Shown piece after piece: positions 19,248 to 27,003 of a stretch of 32,000 nucleotides of DNA. The first letter of the stretch is position 1; each line of letters starts with the position of its first letter. Both the position numbers and the translations under genes were made by a program. The notes below the pieces were generated by a model. The model was not told the DNA's origin. It searched no databases and saw only the letters and a list, made by a program, of their open reading frames with translations. This DNA is from Corynebacterium glutamicum ATCC 13032 (lineage in GTDB: Bacteria > Actinomycetota > Actinomycetes > Mycobacteriales > Mycobacteriaceae): NCBI RefSeq assembly GCF_000011325.1, contig NC_003450.3, positions 2,220,001-2,252,000 of the forward strand, written 5' to 3'.

Positions 19248-19475
19248 TTAGATATTTCCGACGAATACAGACCACCACCGTATACTTAGAGCAGCGCGGG
19301 GCCGAAAGAGCTTAGTCGGTACCGCGCAATTACACCGACGAAATCTAGAATTCCAGCTGATCCGAAGCAATCTGGGCGACCCCTTGGACGCTGCGAGGAA
19401 CTGGACAAACTGTTCGAAGTTTGTCACCATGGTTATCAAAAGCCCCGGAACGATCCCTGGTTTGGCTGGACTCAA
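19142..19475 (-). pseudogene. Possible decayed tandem paralogue fragment of the 352-aa gene
   Basis: The 75-aa ORF at 19248-19475 and the repeat copy downstream share one frame, interrupted by TAA at 19248-19250. The read-through ...RWWSVFVGNI*GRIPHFNRYW..EKPVTWRNNSQTQ parallels ...RVVVTDGNRAGILAGWDPGQTYW..GEPVTWRNHSQTQ of the intact gene. A 2-nt deletion shifts the frame near the end. Similarity further upstream is weak. Confidence 0.35.
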
Positions 19476-19505
19476 AAGTCTGGAATACGAACTAAATCGC
19501 CGGGG

Positions 19506-20564
19506 TTAATGCATTTTTAGGGGTCTCCAGTCTTGATCTTCCTGGGTCTGGCTATGGTTTCTCCAGGTTACCGGCTCCCCTAGCTCAACTACATCAGTAA
19601 GCCAATAGGTTTGCCCAGGATCCCAGCCAGCCAGTATTCCGGCTCGATTGCCATCGGTAACAACCACTCGCCCAGCTGTAGCTAGATAGCCTTGAATGTT
19701 CAAATGCACGCCATCATAATGCTTGGCTACTTGTACATAGTCTGGGATAACCCATTTGTGAGGATAGCCAGTTGCCATCGTCCAATTTGGCGCGTTGGAC
19801 ATTGGTAAATCGAGTGGGAAGCGTCTGCATAAGGATGCCCAATCATCTGGTCCATTGATTGTAAATACCTGAGCTTCGGGCAATATTGTGGCTTGCCGTA
19901 TCTGTCCTGTGTTCCATCCGAAGCCATCTTCCACGAATCGTAAACTCCCTGGAATCCTGTCTTCCAACTTCCCAGAGGTCCGGATCAGTGTCTGTGGTGG
20001 CGTTGACCACCATAAAGATGGATTCATTTCCTCCACCCGCCATGTGTTTAGAACCTCATGGACTGATGACGGTCGATGATTGGACCCCGTAGCCTTCCAA
20101 CTCACGCTGGATTGCCCACCTGGACGAAACTGCTCTGCCCATGACTTCAAAAGTGGTGATCGCTGCAAGTGCAAAGCGATGCGACGAAGACCTGGTCTCA
20201 TGGGCCGAGTAGCCAAGAGTAAATCTGTATTCGTCAGCGGTTGCCAATACGCAGCGTTAGTCACCGTAGAGTCAAGCGCGTCGTACATCAGCTTCGGAGT
20301 CAGCTCGATCAACGGAACCTGCTCTAATAACGGTGCAACCTTCTTAGCTCTAGCTAACACGGTGTATTGAGGTGCAATTCCGCGTCTCCGCGTGTTGTAT
20401 TCAGCTTCCCTGTCTAACCACCACGAGGCATGTTCTAGCGGGCGAAGTCCTGATCCTTCAACGGAACCGTCGTCAAAAGCCACTGCAAGGTTCATCAGGA
20501 AGTTTCGTCCCCGTGGCCCCCAAACCATATCGTTTGCTGCTTTCACAGCCCCCACCTTAGGCAC
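19506..20564 (-). CDS. Hypothetical Trp-rich protein (352 aa)
   Basis: Long ORF with no competing frame. GTG start with GGAAG 3-4 nt upstream, so the start is uncertain (an alternative ATG lies 12 codons in). There is no signal peptide, no TM helix and no catalytic motif I can name. The C-terminal region (DDWASLCRRFPL...DGVHLNIQGYLATAGR...AGWDPGQTYWLTD) looks like a conserved actinobacterial domain of unknown function. Confidence 0.65.
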   Translation of the reverse strand: MPKVGAVKAANDMVWGPRGRNFLMNLAVAFDDGSVEGSGLRPLEHASWWLDREAEYNTRRRGIAPQYTVLARAKKVAPLLEQVPLIELTPKLMYDALDSTVTNAAYWQPLTNTDLLLATRPMRPGLRRIALHLQRSPLLKSWAEQFRPGGQSSVSWKATGSNHRPSSVHEVLNTWRVEEMNPSLWWSTPPQTLIRTSGKLEDRIPGSLRFVEDGFGWNTGQIRQATILPEAQVFTINGPDDWASLCRRFPLDLPMSNAPNWTMATGYPHKWVIPDYVQVAKHYDGVHLNIQGYLATAGRVVVTDGNRAGILAGWDPGQTYWLTDVVELGEPVTWRNHSQTQEDQDWRPLKMH

Positions 20565-20624
20565 TTTCTTCCACCGCCAAATGAGAACACCTAAAAACCT
20601 TGCGGGAATACCACCAACCCCATA

Positions 20625-20642
20625 TTGTTGATATATCTACAA
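20625..20642. promoter_or_regulatory. 18-bp near-palindrome in a divergent promoter region
   Basis: TTGTTGATATATCTACAA is self-complementary at 16 of 18 positions. It lies between the 352-aa gene (-) and the luciferase-like oxidoreductase gene (+), 40 nt upstream of the latter's ATG. Confidence 0.25.
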
Positions 20643-20681
20643 ACTCTTTTAATAAGTCTGATCAACAACGTGAGGAAAGCA

Positions 20682-21728
20682 ATGAAAAACGTCTCCTTCG
20701 GCCTCGACACCTTCGGCGACAACGCCATCGACCTGCAGGGCAACCCGGTCTCCCCTGCACAAACACTTCGAAACATCATTGATGAAGCCAAGATGGCAGA
20801 CAAAGTCGGGGTGGATATCATCGGCATCGGAGAGCACCACCGTGAGGAATACTCAGTTTCTGCACCTGACATCGTCATGACAGCTATCCTCGCATCCACT
20901 GAGCGACTCAAAGTCACCTCTTCCGTGACTGTGCTGTCCTCTGATGATCCTGTTCGCCTGTTTGAGCGTTATTCCACCATGAATGCACTGTCCAACGGTC
21001 GCGCCGAAATCACCTTGGGACGCGGTTCCTTCATTGAGTCTTTCCCATTGTTTGGTTTTGATCTTCAGGACTACGAGCAGCTGTTTAGTGAACGCCTTGA
21101 TTTGTTCGCGAAGATTCTTGAGGCCGACAGCCGTGGTCAGGGCGTGACCTGGCATGGTGAGACCCGCTCGGCGTTGGAAAACCAGATGCTTTACCCACCA
21201 ACTGAGAATGGCATTCACGCTTGGGTTGCAGTGGGTGGCAGCCCAGAATCAGTCGTGCGCGCTGCTAAGTATCGTTTCCCGTTGATGCTTGCCATCATCG
21301 GCGGTGCTCCTGAGCGTTTCCGCCCGTATGTGGATCTGTACAAGCGTGCCAACGAACAGTTCGGGCAGCCTCAAAAGCCCATTGGTGTGCACTCCCCTGG
21401 ACTCATTGCGGCAACTGATGAGGAAGCCCGTGAGCTAGCACTTAATGATTGGTTGGAACTCCAACGCAAGATCGGTGCTGAACGCGGTTGGGCTCCTGCG
21501 GATGCAATGCAGTTTGAACGCGAAATCGATCACGGTTCCTTATACATCGGTTCCCCTGAGACGGTCGCAAAGAAGATCGCCAAAACCATTTCAGTGCTTG
21601 ATCTTGATCGCTTTACCCTCAAATACGCCAGTGGCCAGACCCCTCATGAGTACTTGCTGAAGTCCATTGAGTTGTATGGCACTGAGGTTATTCCGCTGGT
21701 GAAGGACATCTTGACCAAGCAGGCTTAA
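20682..21728 (+). CDS. Luciferase-like (LLM class) flavin-dependent oxidoreductase
   Basis: N-terminus SFGLDTFGD...VGVDIIGIGEHH and the overall pattern (LSNGRAEITLGRGSF, GSPETVAKKI) are typical of the bacterial luciferase family. I chose the ATG at 20682 (SD GAGGA, 5-nt spacer) rather than the track start at 20625. Confidence 0.85.
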   Translation: MKNVSFGLDTFGDNAIDLQGNPVSPAQTLRNIIDEAKMADKVGVDIIGIGEHHREEYSVSAPDIVMTAILASTERLKVTSSVTVLSSDDPVRLFERYSTMNALSNGRAEITLGRGSFIESFPLFGFDLQDYEQLFSERLDLFAKILEADSRGQGVTWHGETRSALENQMLYPPTENGIHAWVAVGGSPESVVRAAKYRFPLMLAIIGGAPERFRPYVDLYKRANEQFGQPQKPIGVHSPGLIAATDEEARELALNDWLELQRKIGAERGWAPADAMQFEREIDHGSLYIGSPETVAKKIAKTISVLDLDRFTLKYASGQTPHEYLLKSIELYGTEVIPLVKDILTKQA

Positions 21729-21735
21729 GAAGGTC

Positions 21736-22116
21736 TTAGGACATTCCCCTGAACTGTTCCATTTCTCGCCGTTCCTTCTTGGTGGGCCGTCCGGCTCCAC
21801 GGTCACGGCGAGGAATCGACGCCAGCACTTCCATCGGTGGTGGTGGCGGGGTGTGGTCAACGTAGCAGGTTCGGGCCACCGAGGCTCCGACTCGCTTCTT
21901 GATGGTGCGCAGCACCTCCACATCAAACTCGCGGTGGTTTACCCACACGCGCACGCGGTCACCTGGCACCACTTGTTGGGCAGGTTTGACCGCGTTGTTG
22001 TTTAGCTTGACGTGCCCTGCCCTGCAGGCTTCGGCAGCCTCTGACCGGGTTTTATATAAACGAACTGCCCACACCCACGCGTCGATGCGGACAGGTAATC
22101 CATCAGTGTCTGACAT
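21736..22116 (-). CDS. hslR: Hsp15-like S4-domain ribosome-associated heat-shock protein
   Basis: S4 motif (RIDAWVWAVRLYKTRSEAAEACRAGHVKLNN..KPAQQVVPGDRV) plus a basic C-terminal tail RRDRGAGRPTKKERREMEQFRG, which parallels the E. coli Hsp15 tail (..RRPDKKERRDLLRFK) as I recall it. Confidence 0.75.
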   Translation of the reverse strand: MSDTDGLPVRIDAWVWAVRLYKTRSEAAEACRAGHVKLNNNAVKPAQQVVPGDRVRVWVNHREFDVEVLRTIKKRVGASVARTCYVDHTPPPPPMEVLASIPRRDRGAGRPTKKERREMEQFRGMS

Positions 22117-22126
22117 AGATTTCTAA

Positions 22127-22360
22127 CTAGTAACGGTCTTTTTCGTTAATGATCTTTTGGACCTTGTTGTAGTAATAAAAACCGCCGACCACGGCGATGA
22201 TCAATCCAAGTCCCATAAAGAATGCAGAGCCGAACACTAGCCACAGAGCCGCACCGCCTACGATGCCACCGCCAACACTGACAACTGCGTTGCGGGAGTT
22301 CTTGCGTACTTCTTGCTTACGTTTTTCGATTGGGTTGCGGGGGTATGGTTGCATGCTCAT
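22127..22360 (-). CDS. Small membrane protein (77 aa, 2 TM helices)
   Basis: Basic N-terminus, then two hydrophobic helices (AVVSVGGGIVGGAALWLVFG, FFMGLGLIIAVVGGFYYY). It is packed between yigZ and hslR with 30-nt and 10-nt gaps. Confidence 0.6.
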   Translation of the reverse strand: MSMQPYPRNPIEKRKQEVRKNSRNAVVSVGGGIVGGAALWLVFGSAFFMGLGLIIAVVGGFYYYNKVQKIINEKDRY

Positions 22361-22390
22361 AGTTGAACAGTCTAGTGCTCTTACACCGCA

Positions 22391-23044
22391 CTAGTCACTC
22401 GGGGATTCCACCCACATGTGCCCGGATTCTTTCAATTCAATTTCTGCACCCATCATGGATGACAATTGAGATTCCACCGCAGCCTGTTCACCAGGCAATA
22501 AAGCCAAGGTGTATGTGACTTCTGCACCATATTCAGTGTCAGTAATGATGATGCCCATGCCGCGCAGATTCGCTTCAATGCGCCCCGCATCAGAATGCGG
22601 AAGGTCAATCTTGAAAATCTCCCGAACAGAGCGGGTGACTTGCAAAACCTCAGGTAGAAGCTCCGTCACCGCGTTGGTGTAGGCATTAACTAATCCGCCA
22701 GTGCCCAGTTTTACGCCACCGAAATAACGCACCACCACAGCGGCAATATCTTTCATTCCCGAGCCACGCAACGCCTCTAGCATGGGTTTTCCCGCGGTAC
22801 CGGAAGGTTCGCCATCATCAGAGGAACGCTCCACATCATTTGAGCCATCCACATGGAAAATAAAGGCACTGCAATGATGACGCGCATCCGGATACAGCTC
22901 CTTGATGGAGTGAATAAATTCGCGAGCCTGCTCCTGATCTTGCACACGCGTGATATAGGTCAGAAATCGCGAGCGCTTGATCTCTAGTTCATGCTCAAAG
23001 ACTTGACCGGCCTGAGGGAGTTGGTATTGCGTGAGATGTGCCAT
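22391..23044 (-). CDS. yigZ: YigZ / IMPACT-family protein (UPF0029 N-domain plus DUF1949-like C-domain)
   Basis: Family signature IKRSRFLTYITRV...HHCSAFIF...SSDDGEPSGTAGKPMLEAL...AVVVRYFGGVKLGTGGLVNAY. Confidence 0.85.
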   Translation of the reverse strand: MAHLTQYQLPQAGQVFEHELEIKRSRFLTYITRVQDQEQAREFIHSIKELYPDARHHCSAFIFHVDGSNDVERSSDDGEPSGTAGKPMLEALRGSGMKDIAAVVVRYFGGVKLGTGGLVNAYTNAVTELLPEVLQVTRSVREIFKIDLPHSDAGRIEANLRGMGIIITDTEYGAEVTYTLALLPGEQAAVESQLSSMMGAEIELKESGHMWVESPSD

Positions 23045-23098
23045 AGCATCTCACATCTTAGCTCGCCAACCGGCAGCATTTTCACTAGCCTGGTGGCC

Positions 23099-24823
23099 AT
23101 GTTGACCTCGCAAAGCTTTTCAGTGTGGGCTCCACTTCCCCACGATGTACATCTGATCCTCAACGGCGAAACCCTCCCCATGCACAAAACGGAGGGCAGC
23201 TGGTGGCGCGCCGAGATCGCGCCCAAGGCCGGCGATCGTTACGGTTTTTCGCTTTTCGACGGCTCCTCCTGGTCAAAAACCCTCCCCGATCCCCGCTCCA
23301 CATCTCAACCAGACGGGGTTCATGGTTTAAGTGAAGTCTCCGATGATTCCTATCTGTGGGGTGACCAGCAGTGGACTGGCCGAATTCTCCCTGGCTCGGT
23401 GTTATATGAGCTGCATGTGGGCACCTTTAGTGAAGATGGAACGTTTGAGGGAGTCGTCGACAAGCTTCCTTATCTGCGCGACCTCGGCGTGACCGCCATC
23501 GAACTTTTACCCGTGCAGCCCTTTGGCGGCAACCGCAATTGGGGCTACGACGGGGTGCTGTGGCACGCCGTCCATGCAGGCTACGGCGGTCCGGCGGGCT
23601 TGAAAAAGCTTATCGACGCCTCCCACCAGGCCGGCATCGCCGTCTACTTAGACGTCGTGTACAACCACTTCGGCCCCGACGGCAACTACAACGGGCAATT
23701 TGGCCCCTACACCTCTGGCGGCAGCACCGGCTGGGGCGACGTGGTCAACATCAACGGCCATGATTCAGATGAAGTCCGCAATTATATTCTCGACGCCGCA
23801 CGCCAGTGGTTCGAAGATTTTCACGTTGATGGGCTCCGCCTCGATGCGGTGCATTCTCTCGATGATCGCGGCGCCTATTCCCTACTTGCGCAGCTGACCA
23901 TGGTGGCCGAGGATGTCTCCGCACAAACAGGCATCCCACGCTCATTGATTGCAGAATCTGAACTCAATGACCCCAAGTTCGTTACCTCCCGCGAGGCCGG
24001 CGGTTTTGGCCTGGATGCACAGTGGGTTGACGATATCCACCACGCCCTCCATGCCCTCGTTTCTGGCGAACGCAATGGTTATTACAGCGATTTCGGATCT
24101 GTCGACACATTAGCCAAAACCCTGCGTGAAGTATTTGAACACACCGGAAACTACTCCACGTACCGCGGACGCAACCACGGCCGCCCTGTGCACCCCGATA
24201 TCACCCCTGCCTCGCGCTTTGTCACCTACACCACCACCCATGATCAGACCGGCAACCGCGCAATCGGCGACCGTCCTTCCACGACTCTCACCCCGGAACA
24301 GCAGGTGTTGAAGGCAGCCATTATCTACAGCTCGCCGTATACCCCGATGTTGTTTATGGGTGAAGAATTCGGAGCCACCACCCCATTCGCCTTCTTTTGC
24401 TCCCACACCGACCCCGAGCTCAACCGCCTAACCTCCGAGGGCCGCAAACGGGAATTCGCACGCCTTGGCTGGAACGCCGACGACATCCCCTCCCCCGAGC
24501 TGGAATCCACCTTCACCTCCTCCAAACTCGATTGGGAGTTCACTGCGGAGCAGCGCCGCATCAACGACGCTTACAAGCAGCTGTTGCACCTGCGGCACAC
24601 CTTGGGCTTCTCCCAACCAAACTTGCTCACACTCGAGGTTGAGCACGGCGAGAACTGGCTATCGATGGCCAATGGTCGCGGCCGAATTCTGGCGAATTTC
24701 TCCGACGACACCATCACCGTCCCGCTTGGCGGCGAGCTGATTTACAGCTTCACTTCCCCCACCGTCACCGACACCTCCACAACCCTTCAGCCGTGGGGCT
24801 TTGCGATCCTGACCCGAAACTAG
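23099..24823 (+). CDS. treZ: Maltooligosyl trehalose trehalohydrolase
   Basis: GH13 regions are present: GVTAIELLPVQPF, YLDVVYNHFGPDGN, VDGLRLDAVHSL, IAESELNDP, YTTTHDQTGNR. I chose the ATG at 23099 because the track start at 22991 would overlap yigZ by 54 nt. Confidence 0.9.
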   Translation: MLTSQSFSVWAPLPHDVHLILNGETLPMHKTEGSWWRAEIAPKAGDRYGFSLFDGSSWSKTLPDPRSTSQPDGVHGLSEVSDDSYLWGDQQWTGRILPGSVLYELHVGTFSEDGTFEGVVDKLPYLRDLGVTAIELLPVQPFGGNRNWGYDGVLWHAVHAGYGGPAGLKKLIDASHQAGIAVYLDVVYNHFGPDGNYNGQFGPYTSGGSTGWGDVVNINGHDSDEVRNYILDAARQWFEDFHVDGLRLDAVHSLDDRGAYSLLAQLTMVAEDVSAQTGIPRSLIAESELNDPKFVTSREAGGFGLDAQWVDDIHHALHALVSGERNGYYSDFGSVDTLAKTLREVFEHTGNYSTYRGRNHGRPVHPDITPASRFVTYTTTHDQTGNRAIGDRPSTTLTPEQQVLKAAIIYSSPYTPMLFMGEEFGATTPFAFFCSHTDPELNRLTSEGRKREFARLGWNADDIPSPELESTFTSSKLDWEFTAEQRRINDAYKQLLHLRHTLGFSQPNLLTLEVEHGENWLSMANGRGRILANFSDDTITVPLGGELIYSFTSPTVTDTSTTLQPWGFAILTRN

Positions 24824-24826
24824 AAA

Positions 24827-24852
24827 AAGGCCACCTCGATTGAGGTGGCCTT
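24827..24852. terminator. Bidirectional rho-independent terminator between treZ and ilvA
   Basis: An 11-bp perfect stem, AAGGCCACCTC / GAGGTGGCCTT, with loop GATT. The A-run at 24824-28 gives a U-run for the minus-strand (ilvA) transcript. Confidence 0.8.
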
Positions 24853-24861
24853 CAGCTATGT

Positions 24862-26172
24862 TTAGGTCAAGTATTCGTACTCAGGGGTGCCCGGCTCGAG
24901 GCGACGGGAATCAATTGCCGATTCCTCCATACGTTCCAGCAAAGAATCCAATCCTGATGCTTCACTCAAGTGAATACCCACCAACGCAGTACCGGTCTCA
25001 CGGTTGTTGCGCTTGAGGTACTCAAACAGCGTGATGTCATCATCCGGTCCCAGGATATCTTCCAGGAAGTGACGCAACTGACCAGGCTTTTGCGGGAAGT
25101 TCACCAAGAAGTAGTGCTTCAAACCGCGGTGCACCAAGGAGCGCTCAGCGATTTCCGCATAACGCAGCACATCGTTGTTGCCACCAGAGATGATGCACAC
25201 CACGACAGAACCAGGTGCAAAGGACATTTCCTTCAACCCAGCGATAGACAGCGCGCCAGCAGGCTCCGCGATGATGCCTTCGTTTTGGTAAAGATCGAGC
25301 ATCTCAGTACACACAGCGCCCTCGGTCGCGCTCATCATGTGCACGCGACCCTGGTTCTTCTCCACGATGGTGTAGTTGAGATCTCCGACACGTTTGACTG
25401 CTGCGCCGTCCACAAAGGGATCAACAGTCTCCAAAGTGATTGGTCCACCATTGTGCAATGCAGCCTGCATGGATGCTGCTCCCGCTGGTTCGATACCAAC
25501 GATCGCAGTGCGAGGTGCCATATCAGCCATGTAGCTGACCACACCTGCAAGAAGTCCGCCACCGCCGACTGGAACCATCACGTGATCTGCACTCTTGCCC
25601 ATGGAAGTCAGCTGCGACAAGATCTCAGCAGCCACGGTGCCCTGACCGATGACGGTGTTGCGAGCATCGAAAGGCTCGATCAGCGTTGCGCCGGTGCGCT
25701 CTGCATCTTCATGCGCTGCAGCCGATGCTTCGTCGAAGTTATTGCCAGTGACCACCAAGGAGACAAACTCTCCGCCGTGAACCATGATGCGGTCACGCTT
25801 TTGCTTTGGAGTCTGCACAGGAACATAGATGCGTCCCTGAACGCCCAAGGACTTGCACACATAGGCCACGCCCTGGGCATGGTTACCTGCAGATGCGGCA
25901 ACGATACCTGCATCGCGCTGCTCTTGGGTGAGCTGCGCTCCAGAGTTCAGCGCACCGCGGATCTTGTAGGAACGAACATCCTGCAGATCCTCACGCTTAA
26001 GGTAGATTTCCGCTCCGGTTTCCTCAGAAAGACGAGGGCAATACTGCAATGGAGTTGGTGCAATGACGGAGGAAATTCGTGCCTGCGCCGTTTGAATGTC
26101 GGCGGCACGAATCAGCTCCGCTCCGCTAGCCATCACTCCTGGACTTTTCTCAGACACGTATGTTTCACTCAT
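24862..26172 (-). CDS. ilvA: Threonine dehydratase (biosynthetic threonine ammonia-lyase)
   Basis: 436 aa with the PLP-lysine motif (RSYKIRGA), a glycine loop (PVGGGGLLAG) and one C-terminal ACT-like regulatory domain. The sequence matches my memory of C. glutamicum IlvA (MSETYVSEKSPGVMASGAELIRAADIQ...). Confidence 0.97.
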   Translation of the reverse strand: MSETYVSEKSPGVMASGAELIRAADIQTAQARISSVIAPTPLQYCPRLSEETGAEIYLKREDLQDVRSYKIRGALNSGAQLTQEQRDAGIVAASAGNHAQGVAYVCKSLGVQGRIYVPVQTPKQKRDRIMVHGGEFVSLVVTGNNFDEASAAAHEDAERTGATLIEPFDARNTVIGQGTVAAEILSQLTSMGKSADHVMVPVGGGGLLAGVVSYMADMAPRTAIVGIEPAGAASMQAALHNGGPITLETVDPFVDGAAVKRVGDLNYTIVEKNQGRVHMMSATEGAVCTEMLDLYQNEGIIAEPAGALSIAGLKEMSFAPGSVVVCIISGGNNDVLRYAEIAERSLVHRGLKHYFLVNFPQKPGQLRHFLEDILGPDDDITLFEYLKRNNRETGTALVGIHLSEASGLDSLLERMEESAIDSRRLEPGTPEYEYLT

Positions 26173-26386
26173 GGTTGACTAGTGTAATCTTCTCCTAGAA
26201 TTGCACCTACTTTGGCATAGGTTTTATTTCCAACAAGCTCTTTGTAGAACAATGCTATAGATTGTTTTCTAGCCAATACTGTGGTTGTGGCACTACACTT
26301 TCCACGAGTTGAGGATAGCTTTCGCTATCCAATCTTCTATCTTGTTTCCATAGTAAATCCGCATATTTATTGCCAGGAGAAAAGTT

Positions 26387-26896
26387 TTGTCTTTGCGTCG
26401 AAGTACTTTGACCCTTGTTACAGCAAGCGCTGTGGCATTGTCCGTGTTCACTCCAGTTGCCCAGGCTCAGTCCTCTGACGCACTGACACAGCTCTCAGAC
26501 AACATCACCTCATCACAGATCCTTGATGATGATGGAAATCCAGTCGATGGAAACGAAACCTGGCCAGGCAGCTCTGAAGGCAGCTCAATGCTCAGCAATG
26601 GCGACATTCCTGCGGCCCCAAGCTTGAGCTCCTCCGGCAAAGACACCAGCGATGATGACGATGAAATCAGCGAAGAGCAGCAAGCACTGATCGATCGGTT
26701 GTCCGAAATGCCAGTGATTGGTTCCATTGTCTCCCCACCAGAATGGCTTGCCATTCCTTTTGCGGTACTGCAGGGATTGCTCGCAATCACCACTCTTGCT
26801 TCCACCGCAGCATCCTTCATGGTGACCGTCGACCCATCGTTCAAGCAGACTCTGCGTGACATGCTCACCCAGTTTGGCATCAACGTCGACGCTTAA
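26387..26896 (+). CDS. Secreted/anchored hypothetical protein with an acidic disordered region
   Basis: TTG start 6 nt after AGGAGA. The signal peptide ends ..TPVAQA-QSS. A Ser/Asp-rich segment (DTSDDDDEISEEQQ) is followed by a C-terminal hydrophobic stretch (WLAIPFAVLQGLLAITTLASTAASFMV). Confidence 0.65.
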   Translation: MSLRRSTLTLVTASAVALSVFTPVAQAQSSDALTQLSDNITSSQILDDDGNPVDGNETWPGSSEGSSMLSNGDIPAAPSLSSSGKDTSDDDDEISEEQQALIDRLSEMPVIGSIVSPPEWLAIPFAVLQGLLAITTLASTAASFMVTVDPSFKQTLRDMLTQFGINVDA

Positions 26897-26910
26897 AAGC
26901 ACACTGACAT

Positions 26911-26971
26911 AAAATGAGCGGCTATTGTTCCTTCAGATAATTTTCCTGAAGGAACAACAGCCGCTCATTTT
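26911..26971. terminator. Long bidirectional hairpin terminator
   Basis: The 26-nt arms AAAATGAGCGGCTATTGTTCCTTCAG / CTGAAGGAACAACAGCCGCTCATTTT have one mismatch and a 9-nt loop. A-run and T-run flanks allow termination in both directions between convergent genes. Confidence 0.8.
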
Positions 26972-27003
26972 GCTGCTTAGACTAGCAACCCTCGTTGTCT
27001 AGC

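Noticed and set aside
20625-20681. 19-codon N-terminal extension of the luciferase-like oxidoreductase ORF
   Set aside because: The extension is hydrophobic, AT-rich and has no SD. The ATG at 20682 has GAGGA 5 nt upstream, and the family-typical N-terminus begins there.
22991-23098. 36-codon N-terminal extension of treZ given by the ORF track
   Set aside because: It would overlap the divergent yigZ coding region by 54 nt, and the extension has no similarity to TreZ N-termini. The ATG at 23099 gives the expected MLTSQSFSVWAP... start.
24970-26178. A 402-aa ORF on the + strand spanning almost the entire ilvA gene in antisense
   Set aside because: ilvA on the minus strand is unambiguous, with its PLP-lysine motif, glycine loop and full-length match to known IlvA. 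The antisense translation is Cys/His/Arg-rich with no motif and no SD, and it is the typical shadow ORF produced by codon bias of the real gene.
26978-27001. TAGAC ... GTCTA inverted repeat resembling the McbR operator of sulfur/methionine genes, near the MetE-like gene
   Set aside because: The spacer is 14 nt rather than the 6 nt of the McbR motif as I recall it. The site also lies at the 3' end and stop codon of the gene, not in its promoter.
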